Below are positions 1-9,292 of a stretch of 64,000 nucleotides of DNA, in pieces. This DNA comes from an uncultured Spirochaetota bacterium (lineage in GTDB: Bacteria; Spirochaetota; Spirochaetia; SZUA-6; Fen-1364). The stretch covers positions 128,001 through 192,000 of the forward strand of contig CAVUXE010000009.1 of NCBI GenBank assembly GCA_963745235.1, in the 5' to 3' direction. Below the pieces are notes generated by a model. It saw nothing but the letters and a program-made list of their open reading frames with translations. It ran no database searches and had not been told where the DNA came from. Both the position numbers and the translations under genes were made by a program. Every line of letters starts with the position of its first letter. The first letter of the stretch is position 1.

Positions 1-167
1 TTCGACAGGATAACCGCTTCCAGGGCCGTGAAGCCGCTTTCCGGCTGCGCTTCCAGCGACACCAGGAGCCGCCGCGGGACGTTTGCGGCCTCCGAGGACG
101 TCTGCGCAAAGCACACCCGGGCCAGCAGCAGTATGACGATGATGAGCGGGGTCTTCTTCACGATCAC
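1..167 (-). CDS. Exported hypothetical protein, N-terminal part only (runs off the window)
   Basis: Manual translation MIVKKTPLIIVILLLARVCFAQTSSEAANVPRRLLVSLE... shows a signal peptide. Its GTG overlaps the TGA of the upstream gene (GTGA). Confidence 0.7.
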   Translation of the reverse strand, partial: MIVKKTPLIIVILLLARVCFAQTSSEAANVPRRLLVSLEAQPESGFTALEAVILS

Positions 168-1147
168 TGTCCCCACCACGCGTTGATCCTGGAGACGACC
201 CGGGAGGTTCTGTCATACACGTAGTACCAGCCGCCGCTCACGCGAGTGGCCATCTGAACGTCAGTGCTGCCGTTGTAGGGCAGGGAAAACGGCAAGGTGT
301 TCCCGGAGACGTCGAGCCGGACAAAGGTCCCCCCCGGCGCGTTGCTGGCCCGTTGAAAGGAAATGAATCCATTCTGGGAATAGGCCGCCAGCCCGTTGTC
401 CGCCCTTGGGGCTGTAAATGAGCCGTATGAGGTCAAGGGGGAGGTGAGCGTTCCACCGAAGCTCGCGGCAGGAATATGAAAATAGTAGTCTTGACCGGTC
501 GTTGTCTCTTCCAGAATAAGGGTCGCAAAGGACAGAGCTGGGTCTGCCGTGATGTCCACGATCTGGAAGTTGAAGGAAGGGTTGGCGCTGATGCTTGCCC
601 CTGACGAGCTTGCATAGCCCCAGACATTGCTGTAGATCGTGTAACTGAGCTGATTTCCGGAAACGTTGAAGCCTGCGTAATTCAACGTCCCGTCAGAAAA
701 GCCGAAGTTGCCGGGGCCAGGGGAAAAAGTGCGGGCAACGAAGCCGAAAATCCCCGTTTGCCCCGCCGGACAATCCAATCCGAGAATCAATACACTGCCG
801 GATGCCCCGAGGAATGCCCGCGTGTTCGCGAAAGACGCGGAAAGCAAGCTGAGGTCCTGGTACGAGATCGTCTGGAGCACGTTCAGGTTTTGATCCATGA
901 CAAAAAGGTGCGGGCCGTCGTACGGCTGGGCATCGGCAAGGAAGACCAGGTCCACGCCGTTCGCCGTCAGAGTGCTGAGGGTAAAGCTCCCGGCAAAATC
1001 CGACGGGATGTCGGCCGAAAAATCCCTTTGGGCCGCGAGCTGCGTTGCCACAGGCGGAAACGTCGAGGCGCTGAAAAAGCCGCACGAGCTCACCAGGCCG
1101 AAAAGAAAGGCCGCTATGACCGCGCGGGCACTCCGTGCGACTACCAT
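164..1147 (-). CDS. Hypothetical lipoprotein, beta-rich
   Basis: 327-aa ORF with a hydrophobic leader ending LVSS-C (lipobox-like). The body is rich in Ser, Gly and aromatic residues. Confidence 0.75.
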   Translation of the reverse strand: MVVARSARAVIAAFLFGLVSSCGFFSASTFPPVATQLAAQRDFSADIPSDFAGSFTLSTLTANGVDLVFLADAQPYDGPHLFVMDQNLNVLQTISYQDLSLLSASFANTRAFLGASGSVLILGLDCPAGQTGIFGFVARTFSPGPGNFGFSDGTLNYAGFNVSGNQLSYTIYSNVWGYASSSGASISANPSFNFQIVDITADPALSFATLILEETTTGQDYYFHIPAASFGGTLTSPLTSYGSFTAPRADNGLAAYSQNGFISFQRASNAPGGTFVRLDVSGNTLPFSLPYNGSTDVQMATRVSGGWYYVYDRTSRVVSRINAWWGQ

Positions 1148-2401
1148 CTGAACACTGCCCCGAGCGTCACGGGCGGGAGCACACCGCCTGCAAGAACGAT
1201 ATTTCTCCCCAGCAGATTCGGGCTCGTGATGCCGAGTGCCATCTTCAGCTCGGGCCGCAGGAAGAAGATCACGCCAGGCAGGCTCAGCTCCCCCGACACG
1301 CTGATGATGTTGAGGTAGCTGTCAACGAACAGGGGCAGGCCTCCGCCGCTGCCCGGACGCCTCGGAAAGAATGACTCCGAGCCCGGCTGAGGCTGCGAGT
1401 CGAAAACGGGAATCCGGCGGGAAGAACAGGTAGCTGCCCGCTGAAATCTCGGAATCCACGTGGAAGAGCCAGTTTCCCCACTGCGTTGCCGGCACCTGTC
1501 CGTACGGGTAGAGCGAGAACGAAAGGAAGACCGAGTCTGGAACCGGGTAGTAGCGCAGCGCCGCTCCCCCGCCAATGAGCTGTCCGAACGTCCACTGCGC
1601 TTCAACGGCCATCCTCGTCACGTGCGCCAGCGAGGAAAGCGCAATCACGGGAGCGCACCGCACGCTCTCCCACGCCGAGTGATACCCCGCAAGGCGCTTC
1701 TCCACCACGAGGGTTTCCCCTTGCCTCATGCCAGGCGCCTGGAAGATGAGCTTCCCGCCTTCTATGCTCCCCGCGCTTCGCTCCCCTGCCAGGAGAACCT
1801 CCATCCCATCCTGAGAGGAAAGGAAGGTGACGGACGAAAGGAGATTTCCTGTTTCCTCCGTGGACCGGGCCTCGCCGGGCGTCGGAAGGCTGAGACGTGA
1901 CAGGAGATCCTTCATCTCGTCGTGCAGGACGCTGTAGATTCCGAGGTTGTAGCGCCATGTCTTCATGAAACCCGCCATCAGGCCGCCCGTCCGTGTTTCG
2001 TAGCAGGAAACGGAGATCAGGATCCGGTCATCCTGGACGGAGTAGAACCCGCTCACCGCGATTCCCGCGCCGGCGGTCCCTGCAACCGAGCTTGTCCGGG
2101 AAGGATCCAGAAAGTCCTGCCCTGAGAGCTTCGAGCCATCCCCCGCTCGCCATTGGGTCTCGGGCACAAGCTGAAATCCCGATGCACTGAGCTCCGCACT
2201 GATTGCAGAAGAGAGACTTTGAGACCTGTCGGGCGCCTCCCCAGGCGCGGGAGTTGCCGCTCCCCGGGAAGCCGGGGAAAGGTCCACGAAAGGGAAGACA
2301 CATGCCATTCGGTGAGCGGCCAGCACCGTCTGGCCGGCGGCGACAAAACCTGCAAGCGTGAATATCAGGATCGCGCAGAACAAGGACCTTGTTGCGGGCA
2401 T
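1141..2401 (-). CDS. Exported hypothetical protein with a TolB-N/CsgG-like N-domain and a probable C-terminal beta-barrel; frameshift near 1360
   Basis: Signal peptide from ATG 2401 (MPATRSLFCAILIF) and a CVFPFVDLS...AVSGFYSV pattern. The C-terminus continues in ORF 1141..1605, ending VTLGAVFRW. Confidence 0.6.
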
Positions 2402-2485
2402 TGCGATGATTACGCGGAGCAGTATAGTGCATTTCGGCTGTCCTTGCCACATTTCTCCCGATCGACTACACTTTGAAGAGGTCAT

Positions 2486-4402
2486 ATGTCGCCAGAGGAT
2501 CTGCTCTCACTCCTTCGCGGCTTCGCCCTGCGAAACAAGGCCTCCACGGTTGACCTGCGACAATTCATTGCATCGCTTCCCAAGGGCCAGATCACTCCGA
2601 CAGAGATGGGGACGGCGCTGACCGGACTTGCAAAGAAGGGGGCGCTTCGTCTCTCCGCTTCCGAAGGCAAGATCCGTGCCGTCTCGTTTCCGGACTTTTC
2701 CGAGATGGCTCTTCAAGAGGAATACAGGCGATTGGCGGTTGAGCCTGACCTGCCCTTCCCGAGCCCGGAGAGCCTCCCCGTGAAGGTCCCGCCTGAGGAG
2801 GTTGCGACTGTCGACGTGAAGGGAGACTTCGCCAAGCTCCTGGACGATGATGAGACCCCCCGCAAGGGCATCGTCAGAGTGGAGTTTCCCGACGGGGTGA
2901 GGTCTCTCGTCGTGCCCCGGGATATCGTAAGCACTGGCCTGATCGAGGCCGCGGCGGCCAAGATTTCCCGCTACCTGCAGGACCCGAAGAACGCCTCTTT
3001 TGCGGAGAGCAAGCTGGGATCCGTGCTTCGCGGGAACGAGCTCGTCCTTCGCCAGGCCCTGGAGGACGCCACCAGCAGGCCGCGCAAGGCTGCCTCCCTG
3101 ATCCTTTCACCCAGTGATTTTCAGTTCCGCTTCTGGAACCACCTGACGAACCTCCTGCTCCAGGATTCCCGGGGGAAGGAACGCAAGACGGACGCGGACC
3201 ACGGGTTGTGCCAGTCCGCGCTCATCGTTGCCTACGCGGTTTTCCACATGAAGGGCGCGTCGCAGCGGGACCAGGAACGGACCGCTGACCTGAAGAAGCT
3301 CGACGCCGCGGTCCGAAAGCCCCCTTTCGTATTCGGCTACCAGGAGCTGTATGAGCTGAAGGATGAGAAAGGCGCGGCGTACTCGGCCAAGCACACCCGG
3401 GACTTCATTCATGGATTTCTCAAGGAGAAGACCCAGCGTGTCGGGGATGAAAGCCTCCCCTACCTGGTGCGGGTGCACGCCGTCTCTCAGAACAAGGACT
3501 ATTTCATCCAGCGGGACCTTCTGGTGACGGTCTTCCTGCAGAAAATCGCAGAGGCTTCGGATGAGCTGCGAGCTCGATTCCTGGACCAGTGGGCAGCCGC
3601 AATGAAGACAGACACCTACCCTCCGGCCGCGCGAAACGATGCGGCCTTCCGGCGCGATGTGGAGGTCCATGTCAAGGAAGACTATCCGCTCCTCTCCGCC
3701 CTGGCCAACGGCTCGGTTCTCTACCTGGCCGCGGAGCTTCCGGGAACGCCGCAGGCGGCCAAGGCGGAGGTCGCCCGGTGCTTCTCCGTGGAAAGCATCC
3801 TGCGCCCCTTCGATGAGCTTCTGGGGCTGAACCGTGCCCGGCTGCTCAAGGACGTCCGTCTGTACCTCCCGTTCTGGCAGACCATGCCGCTCATCAGCGG
3901 CATCGTGCGATTTTTCCGGCGGCTGGGCCGAAAGCGGTCGCGGGAAGAGGGACAGGCCCCGGGACCCCCGGCGAGCGCCCGTGTCGTTCTGGGCGAGCCG
4001 GCTGCGGCAGCGCTGGGGAAGACAGCGGGCGGAGAAAAAGGCAAAGGGGAGAAGACCAACCTTCTTCAGTACAAGAGGAGCATCCAGGCCCTCATTTCTC
4101 ACTACGTCCCTTCCGGCAAGACGATAGATCTCACCCTGGACGAGCTTGCCGAGAAGTGGAACCCGCTTTACGACTCCCGGGCGAAAAAGAACCTCGTCGA
4201 AGACGTGAACGCGCTGGTGAGGGACTTCCTGCGCCCCATCCGGCGGTCATTTCTCGCTCAACCCCCTGACATCAAGAGGCTCCACGCCCTTGCGGAGCAG
4301 CTCTCGACGAGCAAGAGCCTGGCGAAGATCAAGAAACGCGAGGTACTGAAAAGCTACATTGAGCTGTACATGGTCCGCAGCCTCGAGGTTAAATCTCTCT
4401 AG
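2486..4402 (+). CDS. Hypothetical cytoplasmic protein (638 aa)
   Basis: Long ORF with host-like codon usage, GAGG upstream of the ATG, and no recognised motif. Confidence 0.8.
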   Translation: MSPEDLLSLLRGFALRNKASTVDLRQFIASLPKGQITPTEMGTALTGLAKKGALRLSASEGKIRAVSFPDFSEMALQEEYRRLAVEPDLPFPSPESLPVKVPPEEVATVDVKGDFAKLLDDDETPRKGIVRVEFPDGVRSLVVPRDIVSTGLIEAAAAKISRYLQDPKNASFAESKLGSVLRGNELVLRQALEDATSRPRKAASLILSPSDFQFRFWNHLTNLLLQDSRGKERKTDADHGLCQSALIVAYAVFHMKGASQRDQERTADLKKLDAAVRKPPFVFGYQELYELKDEKGAAYSAKHTRDFIHGFLKEKTQRVGDESLPYLVRVHAVSQNKDYFIQRDLLVTVFLQKIAEASDELRARFLDQWAAAMKTDTYPPAARNDAAFRRDVEVHVKEDYPLLSALANGSVLYLAAELPGTPQAAKAEVARCFSVESILRPFDELLGLNRARLLKDVRLYLPFWQTMPLISGIVRFFRRLGRKRSREEGQAPGPPASARVVLGEPAAAALGKTAGGEKGKGEKTNLLQYKRSIQALISHYVPSGKTIDLTLDELAEKWNPLYDSRAKKNLVEDVNALVRDFLRPIRRSFLAQPPDIKRLHALAEQLSTSKSLAKIKKREVLKSYIELYMVRSLEVKSL

Positions 4403-5604
4403 TGAACGCACAACACGATTTCGACAGGATCATCGAGAGGCGGGGGACTGCCTCCTTGAAATGGGACTCGGGCATGCGGCTCACCGGCATGGATGGGCTC
4501 CTCCCGTTCTGGGTCGCGGACATGGATTTCGAGGCCCCGCCGGAGATTCGGGATGCGCTTGCCCGCCGCCTCCAGCACGGCATCTACGGCTACACCGTTG
4601 AGCCGGAGTCATACTTCCAGGCCGCCGGGCAGTGGCTCGAGCGGCGCCACGGCTGGAAGGTCAAGCGGGATTGGATGCTGCCCTCCCCCGGCGTCATCCC
4701 CTGTCTCTCGGCGGCCATCCTTGCGCTGACCGATCCGGGAGACGGAATCGTCATCCAGCCTCCCGTGTATCACCCCTTCGCCATGCGCGTCACCGGGAAC
4801 GGGAGGAGGGTGGTGGAGAACCCGCTCGTGCTCTCCGGGGCGAAATGGGAGATGGACTTCGACGGCCTGGACAGGGCCATCGACTCCGGCACACGCATGC
4901 TGATCCTCTGCAGCCCGCATAATCCGGTGAGCCGGGTCTGGTCCCGCGGAGAGTTGGAGCGGCTCGTCGAGATCTGCGTCCGCAGAAAGGTCGTGATCGT
5001 TTCTGACGAGATTCATTTCGACCTCGTGATGCCGGGCTTTCGCCACATCCCCATTGCCTCCCTTTCCCCGGAAGCGTCGCGCATCACCGTCACCCTTTTC
5101 GCCGCCACCAAGACTTTCAACCTGGCGGGGCTGGGAGGGTCACTCGCCGTGGCGGAAGATCCCGAGCTGCGAAAGCGCCTGGACGCCGCGCAGCACGCGG
5201 TCTTTGCCGGCCTGGCCAACGTGTTCGCGGCAACCGCTTCAGAGGCGGCGTGGCGCAATGGCGGCCGCTGGCTGGAGGAGCTCCTGGGGTATATCCAGGG
5301 CAACTATCGATTTGTCGTCTCGTTTCTGGCCCAGCGCCTCCCCGTTGTTCGCGCCTTTCCCCTGGAAGGCACCTACCTCGCGTTCCTCGACATGAGACCA
5401 CTCGGGCTGAGCGATGACGAGCTGACCGACCGGCTGCGGCGCGTCGGCGGAGTATGGCTGGATGAAGGCCGCAAGTTCGGTCGGGGCGGGCAGGGGTTCC
5501 AGCGGCTGAACCTCGCGTGTTCCCAAGCAGTCCTCAGCGACGGCCTGGAGCGCGTTGCCCGCGCGCTCTCCTCCGCTGTCCCTTCGACTCCTCACGCGAG
5601 GTGA
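4402..5604 (+). CDS. MalY/PatB family PLP-dependent C-S lyase (cystathionine beta-lyase-like)
   Basis: Motifs LPFWVADMDF, HGIYGY, LCSPHNP, SDEIHFD, TKTFNLAG and RLNLAC. Confidence 0.92.
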   Translation: MNAQHDFDRIIERRGTASLKWDSGMRLTGMDGLLPFWVADMDFEAPPEIRDALARRLQHGIYGYTVEPESYFQAAGQWLERRHGWKVKRDWMLPSPGVIPCLSAAILALTDPGDGIVIQPPVYHPFAMRVTGNGRRVVENPLVLSGAKWEMDFDGLDRAIDSGTRMLILCSPHNPVSRVWSRGELERLVEICVRRKVVIVSDEIHFDLVMPGFRHIPIASLSPEASRITVTLFAATKTFNLAGLGGSLAVAEDPELRKRLDAAQHAVFAGLANVFAATASEAAWRNGGRWLEELLGYIQGNYRFVVSFLAQRLPVVRAFPLEGTYLAFLDMRPLGLSDDELTDRLRRVGGVWLDEGRKFGRGGQGFQRLNLACSQAVLSDGLERVARALSSAVPSTPHAR

Positions 5605-5947
5605 GGAAAATGGGCGGGACGAGCGTCCACACCGCCAGCGCAACCGCCCCGTGCCACGGCTCGTAGTACGGCGGACGAACGAAACGCAGCGGGCCCGTAC
5701 CGATTGCATAGATCCAGACCACAAGGGAGAGGGTAGAGACAACGAGCTGGGCGCGGGAGTCGACGCCGGACGCCCTTCTGAGATACACCGGCGTGATTGC
5801 CACGAGGAGGAGGGCAACCACGAGATGAGGCAGGAGCGCTGGAGGCATCACGCCCTGGATGAAGATGAAGACGGCAATCACCTCACTGGGAATCAGCTTC
5901 AGGAGGACCTGCAGAAAAGAGTTTTCCTGCTCGATCGATCTGCTCAT
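5534..5947 (-). CDS. Small multi-pass membrane protein
   Basis: LLKLIPSEVIAVFIFIQG start and about 4 hydrophobic segments. The 3' end overlaps the convergent MalY gene. Confidence 0.7.
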   Translation of the reverse strand: MSRSIEQENSFLQVLLKLIPSEVIAVFIFIQGVMPPALLPHLVVALLLVAITPVYLRRASGVDSRAQLVVSTLSLVVWIYAIGTGPLRFVRPPYYEPWHGAVALAVWTLVPPIFLTSREESKGQRRRARGQRAPGRR

Positions 5948-5990
5948 TGCGGCACCTTTCATTTTGAATCACGCATGACTTTTCACGACG

Positions 5991-6704
5991 TCAACGACGC
6001 TTCCACCATATTCCCGTGCATTCGGGCACTATCACATCGCCTTCTGCCGCGAGCTCATAGTCTGCCATCTGGCCGAAGAACAGCTCGACCAGCCGCCTCG
6101 CTTCAGACAGGGAAGGGAACCGGTAGTCCGTTCGAATCCAGCGGGCCGTGAACCCGAGCTGCCTTTCCAGATAGCCGTAGAAGACAGGCAGGACGGCACC
6201 CGGCGCCGCGGGCATGCGCAGACCCGTCCCCAGGGTCTCAATGACGATGAGCGTGCCCCCCGGCATCAAGAGCCGCGCGCTTTCGGCGAGCAGGGCGTCC
6301 GCGGTGTTCTGCCATTGGCTTTGCCCCTGCGAGACGGTGTACCCGAAGCTCCATCCCTCAATGACGATTTCCGCGCTCGCGTCGGGGAGTGGAATGGCCC
6401 TGTTGTCCGCCTTCTGAAGAGTGACATTGCCAAGGGCACGGCCCTTCAGATTCGAGGCCGCCGTGTCCAGCATGTGCTGCGATGCGTCGAAAGCGAGGAC
6501 TTCCGAGCACAGCGGGGCAACGAGCATGGTGACCCGACCGGTCCCGGCCCCCATCTCCACCACGGTCTTTCCCTCGAAATCCGTGATCTCTCCCAGGGCC
6601 CGCGGGAGGTTCCCTTGCCAGTCCTCCGCGGCGACGAGCTCGTGGTATTCCGCGGCGTGCCTGTTGAAGATCAGCTCGAACCGCGTCTGCTCATTCTCCG
6701 TCAT
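5991..6704 (-). CDS. Class I SAM-dependent methyltransferase
   Basis: VVEMGAGTGR motif I, AFDAS, IPLPDAS and LMPGGTLIV. Confidence 0.9.
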   Translation of the reverse strand: MTENEQTRFELIFNRHAAEYHELVAAEDWQGNLPRALGEITDFEGKTVVEMGAGTGRVTMLVAPLCSEVLAFDASQHMLDTAASNLKGRALGNVTLQKADNRAIPLPDASAEIVIEGWSFGYTVSQGQSQWQNTADALLAESARLLMPGGTLIVIETLGTGLRMPAAPGAVLPVFYGYLERQLGFTARWIRTDYRFPSLSEARRLVELFFGQMADYELAAEGDVIVPECTGIWWKRR

Positions 6705-8215
6705 CGCTTCCCTCCATTCTTATTGGCCCGCTCACGAGCCGGCCTGACCGCCGGCTCCAGCCGGGCCGCGGCGCCGGAAAGCCTGTACACCCTGCATGCA
6801 GCCCCTGACTCGATCTCCCGGGGGTAATGCGTGACCACAACGGCAGGGATGGGGTGAAGCGAGAGAAGCCGCAGCACCAGGGTCCAGAGGCTCCCCCGCG
6901 CTTCGCCGTGCAGGCCGCTGAACGGCTCGTCCATGAGGATGGCATCAGGGGCACGTGCGAAGCAACGGGCAAGGGCCGCGCGCTTCTTCATCCCTCCCGA
7001 AAGCTCCTCCGGCCTCTTGCTCTCCGCCCCCGCAAGCCCCACCTCTGCAAGGAGAACGCGCGCGGCGCCAAGCGCCTCTTCGCGGGTGTGCCCGCCGTAG
7101 AGAAGGGGAAGCGCGGCATTCAGCTCGACGCTCCTCCAGGGCAGCAGCCTGTCATCCTGGAACACGAAGCCGATGCGAAGCGGCCTGGATATCGAGCCGC
7201 TTTCCGGCCGAAGGATACCTCCGATCAGCTTCAACAGGGTTGACTTTCCAACCCCGGAGTCGCCCGTAATGACCGCTACGGTGCCCGGCGGGACGGAGAG
7301 GTTGATTCCTTCCATCAGCGTCCCTTTCCCGGGCCACGAGAATCCGACTTCCCGGAGCAAGACGCGGGGCGCGCGGGGGGCCTCCGAGAAAAGCTGCTGC
7401 ATCACCCTGGCTCCGCTGCTGACCCCGCGAGGCACCGAGCCGCGGACGAACAATCCGCGCAGAGGAAGTCGGACATGCGCGACCCAGGGAAGCGCGTACG
7501 TGAATGCGAGAATCATCAGGATGAGGACAATCGCCCACGCGAAAAGGCTGCGGATCCGCAGGGACATGTACGCGGACTGGATCTGAAAGCCGATGCCGTT
7601 GACGGCGCCGAAATACTCCGCGGTGACCGACGCCTTCACCGCCAGGACGAGCCCGGCCTTCAACGACGCGGCAAGGAAGGGACCCAGGTGCGGGAGGACC
7701 AGCTCCCGCATGCGCGGGAGAAACCCCGGGGCGAACACGGACAGCATTTCCCCGTACGGGCGGGGCAGGGTCGTCATTCCTTCCCCGATTGTTACGGCCA
7801 CCAGGGGGAAGGTGATGAGGGAGATCACGGTGATTGCCGGAAGGTGACCGATCCCCACGAGGGCCACGAGCGGAATGGCCCAGAGGAGAGGCGGCATACC
7901 CTGAAAAAACTGCACGATGGGCCGGAAAAACGCGCCCGTGCCGGGGCGGCTGCCGGAGGCGATTCCTACGACGAGCCCCGCCGCAAAACCCGCACAGAAA
8001 CCGATGCAGACCCGAACGAAGGTGATGAGGATCTGCTGCCACGTGAAAGCCTGGGCAAGAAGGACCACGGTGTCCGCGGCGGACGTCCACGGCGAGGGCA
8101 CCAGATAGGAGCCGGCAAAGAGACTTGCCGCGGTCCACACGACAAGGAGCGCGGCCGTTCCAGCCGCTGCGGGAAGGCGAAGGTGCTGTGCGTGCGTCGT
8201 CTTCCCGCGTTCCAT
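6701..8215 (-). CDS. Fused ABC permease + ATPase (SsuC/TauC-SsuB/TauB type)
   Basis: N-terminal TM domain (SVTAEYFGAVNGIG) followed in frame by GDSGVGKST, LSGGMKKR, ILMDEPF and VTH. Confidence 0.85.
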   Translation of the reverse strand: MERGKTTHAQHLRLPAAAGTAALLVVWTAASLFAGSYLVPSPWTSAADTVVLLAQAFTWQQILITFVRVCIGFCAGFAAGLVVGIASGSRPGTGAFFRPIVQFFQGMPPLLWAIPLVALVGIGHLPAITVISLITFPLVAVTIGEGMTTLPRPYGEMLSVFAPGFLPRMRELVLPHLGPFLAASLKAGLVLAVKASVTAEYFGAVNGIGFQIQSAYMSLRIRSLFAWAIVLILMILAFTYALPWVAHVRLPLRGLFVRGSVPRGVSSGARVMQQLFSEAPRAPRVLLREVGFSWPGKGTLMEGINLSVPPGTVAVITGDSGVGKSTLLKLIGGILRPESGSISRPLRIGFVFQDDRLLPWRSVELNAALPLLYGGHTREEALGAARVLLAEVGLAGAESKRPEELSGGMKKRAALARCFARAPDAILMDEPFSGLHGEARGSLWTLVLRLLSLHPIPAVVVTHYPREIESGAACRVYRLSGAAARLEPAVRPARERANKNGGKR

Positions 8216-8219
8216 GGAC

Positions 8220-9206
8220 CTACTGCGCGAAAAAGAACCGTTCGTCGAGGGTCCGTTTTTCTCCCGGGAGAAACGGCGCAACCTGGCGATAGTAGGCAAG
8301 CACCCTGGATTCGTTTTGCGCAAGGTCCGGCACTTCGAAGAAAGTCCGCCGCGTCGCTTCTTTCACAACGGCTGGAGCGAGCCCGAGGGTCGCGGCGAAG
8401 CCGTCCGCGGCAGCGGCGGGGCTGACCGAGACCGCGCGGCTGGATTCCCGCCAGGCTTCCACCACCGCGAGCAGCAGAGACCTGTGCGATGAGGCAAACG
8501 CTTCCGTGGAGAAGAGGCTGACTTGGGGGGACCTGCCGTCCCCTCCGTTCATCGCCGCCCAGGCCTGCGAATACTCGATAAGCCGCAGAAGCCCGTTCCT
8601 GCCGGAAACGGAGGTGGCTATCGGCTCAGGCAAAGCGGCAGCGTCGATCTGCCCGGAGAGAAGGCGCGCCACGCTCTGGGCAAAAGGGCCGTAGCTGATG
8701 GAAAGATCTTTCCCGGGATCGATCCCCTGGTGGGCAAGGAGGGCACGGGTCTGGAAGTCCAGCGGCGAGCCGGGAAAAGGCAGGGCAAGTCTTTTTCCCC
8801 TCAGGTCGGCGAAGCTCCTGATGGAGGAATCCCTGCCGACCAGCGAAGCGAGGGCCCATACGCCTGTGTCGATCATGATGATGGGACTGCCGTCCAGCCG
8901 GTTCTGCCAGCCCTGGCTCGTTCCGCTCAGGAGCAGGTCCGCATCCCCGCGAAGGAGGAGCGCGAGGGCCTGGGCATGATTGGCAAACATCTCCACCTGT
9001 ATGTCCGCGCCGGGGAGGGAGCGCTCCTTTGCCATCATCAGGAAGGGCAGCGCGGACGTGGTCTGGGGAACGAGGATGCGGATGCGCTCGATGTCCCGAG
9101 CCGCCGAATGGCCGATGCTGACGGAAACAAGGAGGGCAATGCAGAGAAAAAGGACTGTGAAGCCGCCGGGCGAGCTGAGCGGGTTTCGGCCGTTGGAGGG
9201 GTCCAT
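8220..9206 (-). CDS. ABC substrate-binding protein (SsuA/NMT1/THI5-like)
   Basis: Signal peptide, DLRGKRLALP and IDAAALPEP; adjacent to the permease-ATPase gene. Confidence 0.85.
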   Translation of the reverse strand: MDPSNGRNPLSSPGGFTVLFLCIALLVSVSIGHSAARDIERIRILVPQTTSALPFLMMAKERSLPGADIQVEMFANHAQALALLLRGDADLLLSGTSQGWQNRLDGSPIIMIDTGVWALASLVGRDSSIRSFADLRGKRLALPFPGSPLDFQTRALLAHQGIDPGKDLSISYGPFAQSVARLLSGQIDAAALPEPIATSVSGRNGLLRLIEYSQAWAAMNGGDGRSPQVSLFSTEAFASSHRSLLLAVVEAWRESSRAVSVSPAAAADGFAATLGLAPAVVKEATRRTFFEVPDLAQNESRVLAYYRQVAPFLPGEKRTLDERFFFAQ

Positions 9207-9292
9207 ACCGCGCGCCAGAGTATTCCATTTGAATTAGCGCGACAAGCAGGAGCTTCGAGGGGTATAATGGCAGATCAGCAGGTAGCTTTGGC

